Source: an uncultured Pseudomonadota bacterium (GTDB lineage: Bacteria; Oederibacteriota; Muellerivitia; Muellerivitales; Muellerivitaceae). Taken from it: a stretch of 64,000 nt of DNA. The position numbers and the translations under genes were made by a program. How positions within the stretch are numbered: position 1 is the stretch's first letter; the number at the start of each line of letters is the position of its first letter. The stretch covers positions 64,001 to 128,000 of the forward strand of contig CAVYRH010000011.1 of assembly GCA_963770835.1 (NCBI GenBank), read 5' to 3'. Of the stretch, positions 1 to 11,976 are shown piece by piece. The notes under the pieces were generated by a model, which did no database searches, was not told the DNA's origin, and worked only from the letters and a program-made list of their open reading frames with translations.

Positions 1-98
1 AAAACATGGTGGGGCATAAGCTGGGTGAGTTCGCCCCGACTCGCACTTTCAAAGCCCACGGGACGGTTAAGACTGAAAAAGCCGTTGCTTTGAAATAA
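1..98 (+). CDS. rpsS: 30S ribosomal protein S19, 3' part
   Basis: Translates [19 protein letters not shown]...; lies upstream of rplV. Confidence 0.95.
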   Translation, partial: NMVGHKLGEFAPTRTFKAHGTVKTEKAVALK

Positions 99-124
99 GC
101 GATAGGGAACGAAAGGTATTCAAC

Positions 125-475
125 ATGCAAGCACAGGCTATTTCTCGTTATACGCGGGTAACCCCGCGAAAAGCCCGGCAAGTGGTGGAGCTCATCCGCA
201 GGAAACCTGTGGCGGAAGCCTTGAATATCCTGGCTTTCACCAAAAAACGGGCGGCTGGCGAATTGGCGAAAATTTTGAAAGCGGCTGTTTCCAACGCGGG
301 CCAAAATACCCGGGTTGATGTTGACAAGCTGGTCATCAAATCAATCCAGGTGGATGGCGGACCCATGATGCGAAACACCCGCCGGTTCATCCCCCGGGCC
401 ATGGGACGGGCTAGCGCGATTCACAAACGGACGAGTCACATTAAAGTAGTTGTTTCGGACGAAGCTAAAAACTAG
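125..475 (+). CDS. rplV: 50S ribosomal protein L22
   Basis: [27 protein letters not shown] motifs. Confidence 0.97.
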   Translation: MQAQAISRYTRVTPRKARQVVELIRRKPVAEALNILAFTKKRAAGELAKILKAAVSNAGQNTRVDVDKLVIKSIQVDGGPMMRNTRRFIPRAMGRASAIHKRTSHIKVVVSDEAKN

Positions 476-497
476 AGAAGGATTGGGGAGGCGTTTT

Positions 498-1247
498 TTG
501 GGACAGAAAATAAACCCGATTGGTATAAGGGTCGGAATCACCCGTGATTGGGATTCCCTTTGGTTCAATGCCAAGCAAAAAATCTATACCCAGACGCTTT
601 TAGAGGATATTGAGATCCGGAAGTTCGTCAAATTGCGCTTGCGGCATGCCGGCATCGCCCGCGTTGTCTTGAAGAGGAAGGGCGAAACAGTGGAAGTTGA
701 CATCTTTGCTTCCCGCCCCGGCATTGTCATTGGAAAGAAGGGTTCGGAGGTTGATAAGTTGAAGGAAGAGCTGCAACGACTAACTAAAAAAGAAGTCCGA
801 ATCAATATCAACGAGGAAAAACATCCCGAAACAAATGCCCAATTGATTGCCGAGGGTGTGGCGGGACAGCTGGAAAAGCGGGTCGCCTTCCGCCGGGCCA
901 TGAAAAAGGCCATCCAAGGAGCTTTGGACGGGGGGGCCAAGGGTATCAAGATCATGTGCTCCGGCCGTTTGGCGGGCTCGGAGATCGCCCGTACGGAATG
1001 GTACCGCGAGGGACGGGTTCCCCTTCACACCCTTCGGGCGGACATTGATTTTGGTTTCGCAGAAGCCAGTACTACCTACGGGAAAATTGGCGTCAAGTGT
1101 TGGGTTTTCAAGAGGGAGATTTTCGGGGCCAAGGACAAACAAGAAGAACCGGTGACGACGAAACCGAAGACGGGTCTGCGGGATACGCGGGAAAAAAAGC
1201 CAGTACAGCCCAACGCACCGACGAAGACCACCGTTGCCCAAAGTTAA
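498..1247 (+). CDS. rpsC: 30S ribosomal protein S3
   Basis: TTG start, [25 protein letters not shown]. Confidence 0.97.
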   Translation: MGQKINPIGIRVGITRDWDSLWFNAKQKIYTQTLLEDIEIRKFVKLRLRHAGIARVVLKRKGETVEVDIFASRPGIVIGKKGSEVDKLKEELQRLTKKEVRININEEKHPETNAQLIAEGVAGQLEKRVAFRRAMKKAIQGALDGGAKGIKIMCSGRLAGSEIARTEWYREGRVPLHTLRADIDFGFAEASTTYGKIGVKCWVFKREIFGAKDKQEEPVTTKPKTGLRDTREKKPVQPNAPTKTTVAQS

Positions 1248-1262
1248 GTGAGGACTTAAACC

Positions 1263-1682
1263 ATGTTAATGCCCAAACGCGTGAAATACCGCAAAACCAT
1301 GAAAGGCCGAATGCGAGGCCACACCAAGAACGGTGCCGCTTTCGCTTTCGGGGAATATGCCTTGAAATCACAAGGAGCTGGATATGTTACCGACCGGCAA
1401 ATCGAGGCGGCGCGCGTGGCCATCAACCGCCATATGAAGCGAGTGGGGAAATTATGGGTGAGAATTTTTCCGGACAAACCCATCACCCGCAAGCCCGCAG
1501 AAGTCCGTATGGGCGGTGGAAAGGGAGCGCCAGACCATTGGGCGGCTGTCGTCAAGCCAGGGCGGATTTTATTCGAGTTGAGTGGGTGTCCGGAGTTGGT
1601 GGCCCGAGAAGCCTTTCAACTGGCTTCCCATAAGCTTCCTGTCATGACGAAGACCATCTCGCGCGCTCAGGTAGGGGGATAA
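1263..1682 (+). CDS. rplP: 50S ribosomal protein L16
   Basis: [18 protein letters not shown]. Confidence 0.97.
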   Translation: MLMPKRVKYRKTMKGRMRGHTKNGAAFAFGEYALKSQGAGYVTDRQIEAARVAINRHMKRVGKLWVRIFPDKPITRKPAEVRMGGGKGAPDHWAAVVKPGRILFELSGCPELVAREAFQLASHKLPVMTKTISRAQVGG

Positions 1683-1684
1683 AA

Positions 1685-1888
1685 ATGAAATCCAAAGAAG
1701 TCCGTGAACTCAGTATTGACCAGTTGAAACAGCAGTTGATCTCCAAAGAAGAAGAACTTTTCAATTTGAAGATTCAACTGGCGACTAAACAGCTTGAAAA
1801 TCCTATGAAAATACGGGAAGCCCGCCGCAATGTGGCGCGCTTGAAAACCATTTTGCGGGAAAAAGAAAAAGGCTTTAAGGCCTCGTGA
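1685..1888 (+). CDS. rpmC: 50S ribosomal protein L29
   Basis: LENPMKIREARRNVARLKT; gene order. Confidence 0.95.
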   Translation: MKSKEVRELSIDQLKQQLISKEEELFNLKIQLATKQLENPMKIREARRNVARLKTILREKEKGFKAS

Positions 1889-1898
1889 GGAGAGATTC

Positions 1899-2198
1899 AT
1901 GACAGAAGAAGGAAAAAAATCCCATGAGCGCCCCCAGGCGCGGGTTAAAACGGCGGTTGTTTTAAGCCGGAAGATGGACAAGACGGCGGTGGTATCCATC
2001 GAGCGTTTGGTCAAGCATCCGCTTTACCAAAAATTAATCCGCAAACGAAGCAAGTTCAAGATTCACGACCCGAAGAACGAGACCAAGAAAGGGGACGTGG
2101 TGCTCGTGGCCGAAACCCGTCCGATCAGCGCCGACAAACATTGGAGACTGGTCAAAATCCTGAAGAAGGCCGTTGAAATCGAGGAGGCTAAGGTATGA
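1899..2198 (+). CDS. rpsQ: 30S ribosomal protein S17
   Basis: [23 protein letters not shown]. Confidence 0.96.
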   Translation: MTEEGKKSHERPQARVKTAVVLSRKMDKTAVVSIERLVKHPLYQKLIRKRSKFKIHDPKNETKKGDVVLVAETRPISADKHWRLVKILKKAVEIEEAKV

Positions 2199-2563
2199 TC
2201 ATGCCTCAAACCATGCTGAATGTGGCGGATAATAGTGGCGCCACCAAGATCATGTGTATCCATGTGCTGGGCGGAACCAGGCGGCGCTACGCGGCCATTG
2301 GCGACGTCATTGTGGCTGCCGTGAAGGAAGCCATCCCTGGCGCTGGAGTCAAAAAAAGCGAAGTGGTGCGGGCGGTCATTGTCCGCCAACGCAGGGTTTT
2401 TACCCGCCCCGACGGTTCGAACATCCGTTTTGATGAGAACGCAGCCGTCATCATCAATGATCAATTGAATCCCCGTGGAACCCGTATTTTTGGGCCCGTA
2501 ACCCGCGAATTAAGGGAAAAGAATTTCATGAAAATCATTTCACTGGCTCCGGAGGTTTTGTAA
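2195..2563 (+). CDS. rplN: 50S ribosomal protein L14
   Basis: [25 protein letters not shown]. Confidence 0.98.
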   Translation: MIMPQTMLNVADNSGATKIMCIHVLGGTRRRYAAIGDVIVAAVKEAIPGAGVKKSEVVRAVIVRQRRVFTRPDGSNIRFDENAAVIINDQLNPRGTRIFGPVTRELREKNFMKIISLAPEVL

Positions 2564-2566
2564 GTC

Positions 2567-2893
2567 ATGCACGTTCATCGCGAAGACACGGTTGTGGTAT
2601 TGACGGGGAAAGACCGGGGCAAGAAGGGACGAGTGATCCGCCTATTTCCCAAGGATGACAAGGCCTTGGTTGAAAAAGTGAACATGGTTAAGCGTCATAT
2701 TCGCCCGAACCAAAATCCACAATTCCCCCAGGGTGGGATCATGGAGAAGGAATCGTTAATCCACACCTCTAATTTACAGGTGGTGTGCCCCAAATGCGGT
2801 AAGGCCACCCGCATTGCGCACAAAGTGTTGGCGAGTGGACAAAAGACCCGGGCGTGCAAAAAGTGCGGTGAAATTTTGGATAAGGAAAAGTAA
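2567..2893 (+). CDS. rplX: 50S ribosomal protein L24
   Basis: KOW motif GKDRGKKG; C-terminal CxxC..CxxC. Confidence 0.96.
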   Translation: MHVHREDTVVVLTGKDRGKKGRVIRLFPKDDKALVEKVNMVKRHIRPNQNPQFPQGGIMEKESLIHTSNLQVVCPKCGKATRIAHKVLASGQKTRACKKCGEILDKEK

Positions 2894-2894
2894 G

Positions 2895-3449
2895 ATGACG
2901 ACGAAGACGATTTTAAAAGAGAAATATTCGAAGGAAATTATCCCCGCTTTGATGAAGAAATTTGACATCAAGAATTCTATGCAGGTTCCCAAGGTGGAAA
3001 AGATCGTCATTAATGTTTGTGTTGGTAAGGCGGCCTCGGAAAATAACATCAAGCTGTTAGACATGGCGGTCGATGAACTTTCTATGATCAGCGGCCAAAA
3101 GCCGGCTATCACGAAGTCCAAAAAGGCTATTTCCAATTTCAAACTTAGGGCAAACCAACCCTTGGGAGCTAAGGTGACACTTCGGGGAGACCGTATGTTT
3201 CAGTTCATGGAGCGTCTTTTCATGGTAACTTTCCCCCGCATCCGTGATTTTAGGGGGGTTCCCACCCGTTCCTTTGATGGCCGGGGTAATTACACACTGG
3301 GGTTGAAGGAACAGATTATTTTTCCCGAGATCAATTTTGACAATGTTCAGTCCATTCACGGCATGGACATTACTTTCGCGACCAACGCCAAAAACGACGA
3401 GCAGGCCAAGGAATTGTTGAAGCTGCTTGGCATGCCCTTCCGGAACTAG
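2895..3449 (+). CDS. rplE: 50S ribosomal protein L5
   Basis: [18 protein letters not shown]. Confidence 0.97.
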   Translation: MTTKTILKEKYSKEIIPALMKKFDIKNSMQVPKVEKIVINVCVGKAASENNIKLLDMAVDELSMISGQKPAITKSKKAISNFKLRANQPLGAKVTLRGDRMFQFMERLFMVTFPRIRDFRGVPTRSFDGRGNYTLGLKEQIIFPEINFDNVQSIHGMDITFATNAKNDEQAKELLKLLGMPFRN

Positions 3450-3457
3450 GAGATTTC

Positions 3458-3643
3458 ATGGCCAAGAAATGTTTAGTGAACAAGCAAATGAGAAAGCCGA
3501 AGTTCAAGGTGCGGGCTTACCACCGGTGTAAACTTTGTGGTCGGCCCCGAGGCTTTTTAAGGCGCTTTGGAATGTGTCGCATTTGCTTTAGAAGCCTCGC
3601 CGGGGAGGGAAAAATCCCTGGTGTCGTCAAAGCCAGCTGGTAG
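3458..3643 (+). CDS. rpsN: 30S ribosomal protein S14 (zinc-binding type Z)
   Basis: 61 aa with RCKLCGRPR...CRICFR. Confidence 0.96.
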   Translation: MAKKCLVNKQMRKPKFKVRAYHRCKLCGRPRGFLRRFGMCRICFRSLAGEGKIPGVVKASW

Positions 3644-3662
3644 GTTTAAGGAGAACGAATTT

Positions 3663-4064
3663 ATGTCCATGACGGACCCGATCGCAGACATGTTGACCAG
3701 GATTCGCAATGCGAATCATACGTATAAAGAAAAGGTGGATGTCCCCTTTTCCAAACTCAAGTTGGAAATAACACGTATCCTTTCGGAAGAGGGCTTCATT
3801 AAGAATTATAAGGTGGTTGAGGACAAGGGAAAACCCGCCCTTATTCGAATCTCCATGAAGTACGGCGACAAAAGGGAAAGGGTGATTTCCAATATTAGCC
3901 GGATGAGTCGGTCAGGCCGCCGGGTTTATTCGGGTAAGGCGCGGATTCCTAAAGTCATTGGGGGCTTGGGCGTGGCTATTCTTTCAACCTCCAAGGGTAT
4001 TTTGACCGACCAACAGGCTCGCCGGCAGGGCGTGGGTGGGGAAGTTCTTTGTTTGGTGCACTAA
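3663..4064 (+). CDS. rpsH: 30S ribosomal protein S8
   Basis: [25 protein letters not shown]. Confidence 0.97.
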   Translation: MSMTDPIADMLTRIRNANHTYKEKVDVPFSKLKLEITRILSEEGFIKNYKVVEDKGKPALIRISMKYGDKRERVISNISRMSRSGRRVYSGKARIPKVIGGLGVAILSTSKGILTDQQARRQGVGGEVLCLVH

Positions 4065-4096
4065 TACTAGGATTGAAGATTTAATTAGGAGAAGTC

Positions 4097-4666
4097 ATGG
4101 CACGTATCGCCAAAAAACCAATTGAGATCCCCCAGGGGGTCAAAATCAAGCCGGAAGGAAACCGGGTAACGGTAGAAGGGCCTAAAGGTTCTTTGAGCCA
4201 AGAATTGATGGCTGGAATTAAAGTGGACGTAAAAGAAAAAAACCTTTTGGTTATTCCGGTCGAGGCCGCCAACGTGGAGGCCAAGACCCTCAATGCCAGC
4301 CATGGACTTACCCACGCCCTGGTGAAAAATATGATCCTGGGTGTTACGACAGGTTTCGAAAAGAAGCTCGAGATCCAAGGGGTGGGTTACCGCGCCAATA
4401 TGGAAAAAGGAAAGCTCAATATGTCATTGGGTTTTAGCCATCCGGTGCTTATGGATTTGCCCAAAGGCGTTACCGTCGACATCGAGAAGCAGACGCTTTT
4501 AACCGTCAAAGGAATCGATAAATACTTGGTGGGTGAGACGGCGGCTAAGATCCGCCGTGTCAAACCGCCTGAGGTTTACAAGGGAACGGGTATTCGTTAC
4601 CTGGGCGAGTATGTAAGGAAGAAGGTCGGTAAAACCGGCGCTACCGGCAAAGCCGGAGCAAAATAA
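4097..4666 (+). CDS. rplF: 50S ribosomal protein L6
   Basis: GVGYRA; PEVYKGTGIRY. Confidence 0.97.
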   Translation: MARIAKKPIEIPQGVKIKPEGNRVTVEGPKGSLSQELMAGIKVDVKEKNLLVIPVEAANVEAKTLNASHGLTHALVKNMILGVTTGFEKKLEIQGVGYRANMEKGKLNMSLGFSHPVLMDLPKGVTVDIEKQTLLTVKGIDKYLVGETAAKIRRVKPPEVYKGTGIRYLGEYVRKKVGKTGATGKAGAK

Positions 4667-4682
4667 GACGAGGAGTTGATCC

Positions 4683-5048
4683 ATGCCGTCGCAACACCAA
4701 AACATCAAACGGATCCGACGCCACGATCGGATTCGTAAAAAGGTCGCGGGGGATGTGCAAAGACCCCGATTAGTCGTTCACCGGGGCTCTAAAAATATTA
4801 CCGCCCAGATCATCGACGATTCCCAGGGAATCACCCTGGCGGCAGCTGCCAGTTTCGACCAATCCTTGCGAGGAAAATTGAAATACGGTGGCAATATCGA
4901 AGCGGCGAAGGCCGTCGGAGAACAAATCGCCAAATTGGCAAAGGAAAAATCAATCAGCCGTGTTGTGTTTGACCGCGGGGGTTATATTTTTCACGGTCGA
5001 GTGAGGGCTTTGGCAGAGGCGGCCCGACAAAATGGGCTTCAATTTTAG
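4683..5048 (+). CDS. rplR: 50S ribosomal protein L18
   Basis: [22 protein letters not shown]. Confidence 0.97.
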   Translation: MPSQHQNIKRIRRHDRIRKKVAGDVQRPRLVVHRGSKNITAQIIDDSQGITLAAAASFDQSLRGKLKYGGNIEAAKAVGEQIAKLAKEKSISRVVFDRGGYIFHGRVRALAEAARQNGLQF

Positions 5049-5062
5049 GAATAAGGAAGATT

Positions 5063-5575
5063 ATGGCTCGTATTGACTCATCCAAGCTGGATTTAAAAGA
5101 AAAAGTAGTCCATATCAACCGTGTGGCCAAGGTGGTTAAGGGTGGACGGCGGTTTAGCTTTTCCGTCCTCGTAGTGGTAGGTGACGGTCACGGCCATGTA
5201 GGAATTGGGACCGGGAAAGCCAGTGAAGTTCCGGATGCCATTCGCAAGGCAGTTGAGGACGCTAAAAAGAACTTGATCGTGGTGCCTTTGAAGGGGCTGA
5301 CCCTTTATCACGAGATTGTCGGTGTTTTCAAGGCTTCCCGCGTTATGCTAAAGCCGGCTGCACCTGGAACGGGTATCATCGCGGGCGGAGGAGTGCGTGC
5401 CGTTTGTGAACTAGCCGGTATCCATGATGTCTTAACCAAGTCCATTCGTTCGGACAACACTTTCAACGTGGTTCAAGCAACCCTGAGGGGTTTAAGGGAA
5501 ATCCGGTCACCCGAGGTAGTGGCGGCTTTGCGGGGAAAATCAGTTGAAAGTCTTATAGGAGTTCCAAAGTCATGA
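5063..5575 (+). CDS. rpsE: 30S ribosomal protein S5
   Basis: [16 protein letters not shown]. Confidence 0.97.
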   Translation: MARIDSSKLDLKEKVVHINRVAKVVKGGRRFSFSVLVVVGDGHGHVGIGTGKASEVPDAIRKAVEDAKKNLIVVPLKGLTLYHEIVGVFKASRVMLKPAAPGTGIIAGGGVRAVCELAGIHDVLTKSIRSDNTFNVVQATLRGLREIRSPEVVAALRGKSVESLIGVPKS

Positions 5576-5748
5576 GCGAATTAAAGATCCAATTGGTTAA
5601 AAGCCTGAATGGACGTCTGCCACAGCACGTTCGAATTGCCGAGGCGCTTGGTTTGAAGAAGATCCGACAGACAGTGGTAAAGCCTGATACTCCCGTGATA
5701 CGGGGAATGGTCGATAAAATCGGTTATTTGATTGAAATAAAAAAGTAA
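5572..5748 (+). CDS. rpmD: 50S ribosomal protein L30 (58 aa, absent from the ORF track)
   Basis: Manual translation [58 protein letters not shown]; lies between rpsE and rplO. Confidence 0.93.
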   Translation: MSELKIQLVKSLNGRLPQHVRIAEALGLKKIRQTVVKPDTPVIRGMVDKIGYLIEIKK

Positions 5749-5764
5749 AAACAAGGTTAGCGCT

Positions 5765-6202
5765 ATGAAAATGTCAGAACTGAAACCGGCGCGTGGCGCC
5801 GTAAAACGCCGCAAAATCATCGGGAAGGGCCCGGGGTCGGGCCATGGAAAAACTTCAACCCGGGGAAATAAGGGTCAAAATTCACGTACCGGTGGCGGGG
5901 TAAGACTCGGGTTTGAAGGTGGACAAACGCCCATTTACCGGAAACTGCCAATCCGTGGGTTTAAAAGTATTGATAAGACCTCCTTTGACGTTGTGAATGT
6001 CGAACAGCTCTCCTCTTTTGAAAATGGAAGCACCGTTACACCTGCGGAACTAGAAAAGAAGGGGTTCGTGGGCGGGGGTGAGCCCGTTAAAATCCTGGGA
6101 AATGGGGATTTGAAAACAAAATTGACGGTGAAAGCTCACGCTTTCAGCGCTTCTGCCATCGAAAAAATTAAAGCTGCAGGCGGAACGGCGGAGGTTCTTT
6201 AA
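5765..6202 (+). CDS. rplO: 50S ribosomal protein L15
   Basis: GFEGGQTPIYRKLP; KILGNG. Confidence 0.97.
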   Translation: MKMSELKPARGAVKRRKIIGKGPGSGHGKTSTRGNKGQNSRTGGGVRLGFEGGQTPIYRKLPIRGFKSIDKTSFDVVNVEQLSSFENGSTVTPAELEKKGFVGGGEPVKILGNGDLKTKLTVKAHAFSASAIEKIKAAGGTAEVL

Positions 6203-7540
6203 GTGTTCTCTGCCTTTCTAAATATTTTCCGGGTTCCGGAATTGAAAAGCCGGGTGCTTTTCGTTTTGGGAATATTGCTGGTTTACCGTATTGGCACCCA
6301 TATACCGGTTCCCGGGGTCAACATTGAAGCCCTGGCGGAGTCCTTTAAGAGTCAAAACAACGGAATTTTGGGTTTTTTGAACCTCTTTTCTGGAAACGCC
6401 TTGAAACAGGCCTCCATTTTCGCTCTTGGAGTCATGCCCTATATCAGTATGTCCATCATCCTCCAGCTTTTAACGGCCGTGATTCCCACGCTCGAAAAAC
6501 TTTCCAAAGAAGGTGAAATGGGCCGCCGTAAGATTACCCAATACACCCGTATAGGAACGGTGGCTTTGTGCCTTATCCAAGGGACTGGTACCACCTATTT
6601 ATTCAAGAATTTTGGTGAAAACGTTGTTTACCATTGGGGACTCGGGTTTCAAATTATGGCAGTTATGGCCCTGACAACTGGTACCGTTTTCATCATGTGG
6701 CTCGGGGAGCAAATCACCGAATACGGGATTGGAAACGGGATGTCTATTATCATTTTTTCCGGGATTGTTGCAGCCCTGCCGGGTCAAATCGCGGCTACTT
6801 TTCGTTTATTGCGGGTTAACCAAATCAGCCTGGTGGCGGTGATTGTATTCGGCGTTTTTACCCTGTTGACGATTGGCTTTATTGTCGTTTTGCAACAAGG
6901 TGCCCGGAAAATCCCGGTTCAATACGCAAACCGCGTGGTGGGGAACCAGGTCTTTAAAGGACAATCCACCCAGTTGCCGCTGAAAGTTGATTATTCAGGA
7001 GTTATTGCCGTTATTTTCGCTTCCTCCATCCTTGTTTTTCCATCAACAATTGCCAAATATGTCCAAAATATTCCTGCGGTTGCTACCGATCAGGGTTGGG
7101 CTTATAACCTCATGGATTTCATTATCCGAAATTTTTCGCCGGGGGCTTTTGTTTATTATGTTTTGTATTCCGCTTTAATCGTCTTTTTTTGCTATTTTTA
7201 CACTGCCATTGCTTTTAACCCGACCGATTTGTCGGAAAACATGAAAAAATATGGGGGATTCATTCCGGGCATCCGTCCTGGTCAACCCACGGCGGAATTT
7301 ATTGACCGAACCTTGACACGGATCACCATCTGGGGAGCTTTGGCGGTTTGTGTTGTCGCGGTGTTGCCCGATTTGTTAGTCCGACAACTTCATATCCCCG
7401 TTTATTTCGGCGGGACCTCCCTTTTGATTATCGTGGGAGTGGCCCTGGACACCATGAAACAAATTGAATCCCATTTGTTGATGCGACATTACGACGGTTT
7501 TATGAAAAAAGGCCGCTTAAAAGGGCGGAGCGCATTTTAA
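6203..7540 (+). CDS. secY: Preprotein translocase SecY
   Basis: SIFALGVMPYI; GFIPGIRPG; GGTSLLIIVGVALDT. Confidence 0.98.
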   Translation: MFSAFLNIFRVPELKSRVLFVLGILLVYRIGTHIPVPGVNIEALAESFKSQNNGILGFLNLFSGNALKQASIFALGVMPYISMSIILQLLTAVIPTLEKLSKEGEMGRRKITQYTRIGTVALCLIQGTGTTYLFKNFGENVVYHWGLGFQIMAVMALTTGTVFIMWLGEQITEYGIGNGMSIIIFSGIVAALPGQIAATFRLLRVNQISLVAVIVFGVFTLLTIGFIVVLQQGARKIPVQYANRVVGNQVFKGQSTQLPLKVDYSGVIAVIFASSILVFPSTIAKYVQNIPAVATDQGWAYNLMDFIIRNFSPGAFVYYVLYSALIVFFCYFYTAIAFNPTDLSENMKKYGGFIPGIRPGQPTAEFIDRTLTRITIWGALAVCVVAVLPDLLVRQLHIPVYFGGTSLLIIVGVALDTMKQIESHLLMRHYDGFMKKGRLKGRSAF

Positions 7541-8196
7541 TGAGAATTATTCTTTTGGGGGAACCGGGAGCAGGCAAGGGAACCTATTCGGCCGAAATGG
7601 TCAAGAAATACGACATTCCCCAAATCTCGACGGGGGACATGCTCCGAGCAGCCGTCAAAGCGGGAACACTCTTGGGTCGGCAAGCCCAGGAATTCATGAA
7701 AAAGGGAGAATTGGTACCCGATGCGGTTGTGATAGGTTTAATCCAAGAACGTATCCAGCAAAGTGACGCCGCGAATGGTTTTATTTTGGATGGCTTCCCG
7801 CGAACGGTGCCTCAGGCTCTCAGCCTTGAAAAAATGCTGGAAAGCATGAACATCAGTCTGTCAACTGTTTTGAAAATAGAAGTAAATAAGACAACCCTCT
7901 TGCGAAGGCTTACTGGTCGCCGAGTGTGCCCAGGTTGTGGCGCCACTTATAACATTGACACCATGAAACCGAAAAAAGAAGGGATTTGCGACAAGTGTGG
8001 CAAAGAATTGATTCAGAGACCTGATGACCGTCCTGAAACCATTGAGAATCGGTTGACTGTTTATCAAAAAGATACGGCTCCTCTCATCGAATTCTATGAA
8101 AAAAAAGGCCTGTTGAAGCGTGTCCCCTGCGAGGGTGAATACCAGGAGGTTTTGGGGCGCCTTTTCAGCGCGCTTGAAAAACCGGCGAAAGTTTAG
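7540..8196 (+). CDS. adk: Adenylate kinase
   Basis: GEPGAGKGT P-loop; LDGFPRT; zinc lid CxxC. Confidence 0.97.
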   Translation: MRIILLGEPGAGKGTYSAEMVKKYDIPQISTGDMLRAAVKAGTLLGRQAQEFMKKGELVPDAVVIGLIQERIQQSDAANGFILDGFPRTVPQALSLEKMLESMNISLSTVLKIEVNKTTLLRRLTGRRVCPGCGATYNIDTMKPKKEGICDKCGKELIQRPDDRPETIENRLTVYQKDTAPLIEFYEKKGLLKRVPCEGEYQEVLGRLFSALEKPAKV

Positions 8197-8942
8197 TGAT
8201 TACTCTTAAGTCGCAATCTGAATTGAAGCTGATGAAAACCAGCGGCAAGATCGTCGGGCAAGTCTTGATCGAGCTGGAAAAAAAGATCAAACCTGGTGTA
8301 ACGACCCAGGAATTGGACAAGTTCGCTTACGAATTTTTTAAGAAGAATGATTGTGTTCCTGCTTTTTTGGGTTATCACGGTTATCCCGCGACCATTTGTA
8401 CTTCGGTGAACGACCAAGTGGTCCATGGGATTCCAGACAAGCGGACTTTAAAAGAAGGCGACATCGTAGGGATTGATGTTGGCGCTTTTTACAAAGGTTA
8501 TTGTGGGGACTCGGCGCGGACTTTTCCCGTCGGCAAAGTTGGGCCGGAGATTCAAAAACTGCTCCAAGTTACCTATGAGAGTCTGGACAAGGGAATCGAA
8601 CAATGCCGCGTGGGTAACAGGATTTCCGACATTGGATGTGCGGTCCAGGAATACATTGAAGCCAAGGGTTATTCAGTCGTGAAGGACTATGTTGGACACG
8701 GCATCGGACAAGCCATGCACGAAGAGCCCCAGGTTCCCAATTACGGGAAGCCCCATCAAGGGCCCAGGCTGGTGGAAGGGATGTGCCTGGCTTTGGAGCC
8801 CATGGTAAATATGGGCGGTGATGAAGTCCGGGTTTTAGAGGATGGCTGGACAGTCGTGACGAAAGATGGTAAATTCTCCGCCCATTTTGAGGACACCATC
8901 GCCATCTTGGTAGAGGGTCCGGAAAACTTGACGAGGATTTAA
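8196..8942 (+). CDS. map: Methionine aminopeptidase type I
   Basis: [18 protein letters not shown]. Confidence 0.97.
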   Translation: MITLKSQSELKLMKTSGKIVGQVLIELEKKIKPGVTTQELDKFAYEFFKKNDCVPAFLGYHGYPATICTSVNDQVVHGIPDKRTLKEGDIVGIDVGAFYKGYCGDSARTFPVGKVGPEIQKLLQVTYESLDKGIEQCRVGNRISDIGCAVQEYIEAKGYSVVKDYVGHGIGQAMHEEPQVPNYGKPHQGPRLVEGMCLALEPMVNMGGDEVRVLEDGWTVVTKDGKFSAHFEDTIAILVEGPENLTRI

Positions 8943-8974
8943 ACCGCCCCCTTGAAAGGGGTTTTAAGAGGCTT

Positions 8975-9193
8975 ATGGCAAAGGAAGAAGCGATTTCGGT
9001 GGAGGGAACGGTCATTGAGGCCCTTCCCAACGCCAGTTTTAGGGTGGAATTGGAGAACAAACACGTGGTTTTAGCCCACGTATCGGGAAAAATGAGGATG
9101 AACTTTATCCGGATTCTTCCAGGGGATCGGGTGACGGTTGAACTTTCCCCTTACGATTTGAACCGGGGCCGTATTACTTACCGGTTCAAATAG
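8975..9193 (+). CDS. infA: Translation initiation factor IF-1
   Basis: [15 protein letters not shown]. Confidence 0.98.
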   Translation: MAKEEAISVEGTVIEALPNASFRVELENKHVVLAHVSGKMRMNFIRILPGDRVTVELSPYDLNRGRITYRFK

Positions 9194-9230
9194 CATTCTC
9201 AAAGGATTTATTTTAGGAAGGATTAAAAAC

Positions 9231-9344
9231 ATGAAGGTGCGGTCATCTGTAAAACCGATTTGTGATAAATGCAAGGTCATCCGCCGCCGTGGGGTGGTCC
9301 GGGTTATTTGCACGAACCCGAAGCACAAACAACGGCAAGGATAA
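9231..9344 (+). CDS. rpmJ: 50S ribosomal protein L36 (absent from the ORF track)
   Basis: Manual translation [37 protein letters not shown]. Confidence 0.97.
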   Translation: MKVRSSVKPICDKCKVIRRRGVVRVICTNPKHKQRQG

Positions 9345-9357
9345 TCAAGGAGAATTT

Positions 9358-9738
9358 ATGGCTCGAATCGCTGGGATTGATTTACCCAAGGAAAAACGAA
9401 TTGAAATCGCCCTGACTTACATTTATGGAATCGGGTTAGCTCTATCGAAGAAGGTTCTTGTGAAAGCCAGCGTGAATCCTAATGTTCGGGTAAAAAACTT
9501 AAAGGATGACGAAATCGCCCGTATCCAAAACACTATCAACAGCGAAAACTTAAAGGTGGAAGGCGATTTGCGCCGGGAAGTTTCTATGAATATCAAGCGT
9601 TTGATCGATATCGGCACCTACCGGGGAAGCCGTCACCGGAAAGGTCTTCCCGTAAGAGGACAACGGACGAAGACGAATGCGCGGACTCGCAAGGGGCCGC
9701 GGAAGACGGTTGGAAGCGGCCGGAAGAAGGAAGAGTAG
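9358..9738 (+). CDS. rpsM: 30S ribosomal protein S13
   Basis: [28 protein letters not shown]. Confidence 0.98.
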   Translation: MARIAGIDLPKEKRIEIALTYIYGIGLALSKKVLVKASVNPNVRVKNLKDDEIARIQNTINSENLKVEGDLRREVSMNIKRLIDIGTYRGSRHRKGLPVRGQRTKTNARTRKGPRKTVGSGRKKEE

Positions 9739-9808
9739 TGATTTTCTGAAATTTAGGTGCCCCTCGAATGACGGGCAAGAAGTTAAGGATGGATTAAGGA
9801 GAAAAAGA

Positions 9809-10249
9809 GTGGTTGATAAAGCCGAGTCGAAACCCGAATCAAAAGATGATAAGACAGCGACACCGGCGCCAGCGGTTGCTAGCGCGAAAAAAGGGAAGAA
9901 AGCCCCCCGCAATGGTGTAGTGCATATCCAATGCACCTTCAATAATACTTTGGTGACCGTGACCGATCCCAAAGGAAATGTAGTGGCCTGGTCCTCAGCT
10001 GGGTCGATGAACTTTAAAGGAAGCCGTAAATCTACTCCTTTTGCGGCCCAAGTGGCCGCTGAAACGGCGGGTAAAAAGGCCGTAGATGCTGGGATGAAGT
10101 CTGTGGAAGTTTACGTTAAAGGCCCTGGATCGGGCCGGGAAGCGGCCATTCGGGCCATTCAAACTAGTGGGTTACAGATTTCCATAATTAAGGACGTCAC
10201 CCCTGTCCCCCATAACGGTTGCCGGCCGCCTAAGCGCCGGCGCGTCTAA
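9809..10249 (+). CDS. rpsK: 30S ribosomal protein S11
   Basis: [32 protein letters not shown] start inferred. Confidence 0.96.
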   Translation: MVDKAESKPESKDDKTATPAPAVASAKKGKKAPRNGVVHIQCTFNNTLVTVTDPKGNVVAWSSAGSMNFKGSRKSTPFAAQVAAETAGKKAVDAGMKSVEVYVKGPGSGREAAIRAIQTSGLQISIIKDVTPVPHNGCRPPKRRRV

Positions 10250-10260
10250 AGGAGTCTTTC

Positions 10261-10881
10261 ATGAGCATCCAGTCGGTTTGTCGTATATGCCGCCGTGAAG
10301 GCATGAAGCTTTTTTTAAAAGGCACGCGTTGCGAGACGGAAAAATGTGCGTTTGAACGTCGGGGCTACGCTCCCGGGCAGCATGGGCAAAAGCGCCGGAA
10401 GGACACGGAATACGGGCTCCAATTAAGGGAAAAACAAAAAGTTAAAAGAATTTATGGATTATTGGAACGGCAGTTTCGCCGTTATTTTTCGATCGCCTCG
10501 CGGAAAAAAGGCGTAACGGGTGAAACCTTGCTTCAATTGCTGGAACAGCGGTTGGACAATACCGTCTATCGTATGGGTTTTGCCGAGTCCCGGCGTCAGG
10601 CCCGTCAGGTGGTTCGGCATGGCATGATCTTGGTCAACGGGAAAAAGGTGGACATTCCGTCCTTTACTTTGAAGGCGGGGGATAAGATCGCCATATTGGA
10701 CAGGTTCAAAGAAAATGTCGGACTGAAGCGTTCCTTGGAAACTCTTCAAAAAAGGGGAGTCCCTGAGTGGTTGGAAGTGGACACCGGGATTTTGTCCGGC
10801 ACCTTCAAGAAAGTACCGACCAAGGATGAAATTGCTCTTCCGGTTCAGGAACAGCTTATCGTTGAATTATATTCAAAATAG
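10261..10881 (+). CDS. rpsD: 30S ribosomal protein S4
   Basis: [25 protein letters not shown]. Confidence 0.97.
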   Translation: MSIQSVCRICRREGMKLFLKGTRCETEKCAFERRGYAPGQHGQKRRKDTEYGLQLREKQKVKRIYGLLERQFRRYFSIASRKKGVTGETLLQLLEQRLDNTVYRMGFAESRRQARQVVRHGMILVNGKKVDIPSFTLKAGDKIAILDRFKENVGLKRSLETLQKRGVPEWLEVDTGILSGTFKKVPTKDEIALPVQEQLIVELYSK

Positions 10882-10940
10882 CATTCGCCGGAGACGTGCA
10901 GACGGGTCCCCTTGGGGGACACTATTCGCAGGAGGCATTC

Positions 10941-11954
10941 ATGCAAATCGGAAATGTACAGATTCCCAAGTTTTTGGATTACGAGAAGGAAACATTAACT
11001 CCTCTCTATGGAAAATTCATTGCCGAGCCCTTTGAGCGGGGATATGGACAATCGGTTGGGAATTCTTTGCGTCGGATCTTACTTTCCTCCATTGCGGGGG
11101 CTGCAGTTACCTCGGTTAAGTTTGAAGGGGTATCTCATGAGTTTTCCTCTATCCCTGGCGTGGTGGAGGACACCACGGAAATCATCTTGAATTTAAAGGA
11201 ACTTAAAATCAAGTTATTCAGCTCGGGACCCAAAACCATGCGGCTGTCCATCAAAGGCGAACGGAATGTTGTGGCGGCGGATATCCAAGCCGACGCAGAT
11301 GTTGAAATTTTGAATCCCCAATTACACTTAGCCTCATTGACGGAAGATGACGCGTCTTTGGATTTGGAAATCGAAGTGGGGGAAGGCCGTGGATATGCTC
11401 CGGCTGAGCGTAACAAAAGGGAAGGCCAACCCATTGGTGTCATTCCAGTTGATTCCATTTTTACGCCGGTTCTTCAAGTCAAATATTCCGTGGAATCGGC
11501 TCGCATCGGTCAGATGACGGATTATGACAAACTGATTATGGAAATTTGGACCGATGGGCGCATCCACCCGGAGGATGCTCTGGCTCACGCTTCCAAAATC
11601 TTACGCGACTCCCTCCAGATTTTTATCAACTTCGAGGAAGAACCCATTCAGCAGGACGACTCGGTAAGCGAAGAGGAAGAGCGTTTGCGTGAACTTTTGA
11701 ATGAAAGTGTCGAGGAGTTGGAACTTTCTGTTCGGTCGGCCAATTGCCTGAAGACGGCCAACATCAAAATGATCGGTGATTTGGTCCGTAAAACCGAGTC
11801 CGACATGCTGAAATACAAGAATTTTGGGCGTAAGTCCCTTAATGAAATCAAGGAAATCCTGGGTGGCATGGGCCTTTCCTTCGGGATGGATGTGGATGCC
11901 ATCCTCGCCAAGGGAAAACCCGTGTCAGTGGTCCGAGTTGAAACCAACGTTTAA
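10941..11954 (+). CDS. rpoA: RNA polymerase alpha subunit
   Basis: [29 protein letters not shown]. Confidence 0.98.
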   Translation: MQIGNVQIPKFLDYEKETLTPLYGKFIAEPFERGYGQSVGNSLRRILLSSIAGAAVTSVKFEGVSHEFSSIPGVVEDTTEIILNLKELKIKLFSSGPKTMRLSIKGERNVVAADIQADADVEILNPQLHLASLTEDDASLDLEIEVGEGRGYAPAERNKREGQPIGVIPVDSIFTPVLQVKYSVESARIGQMTDYDKLIMEIWTDGRIHPEDALAHASKILRDSLQIFINFEEEPIQQDDSVSEEEERLRELLNESVEELELSVRSANCLKTANIKMIGDLVRKTESDMLKYKNFGRKSLNEIKEILGGMGLSFGMDVDAILAKGKPVSVVRVETNV

Positions 11955-11976
11955 ATTAGTCTGATCAGGAGTTTTT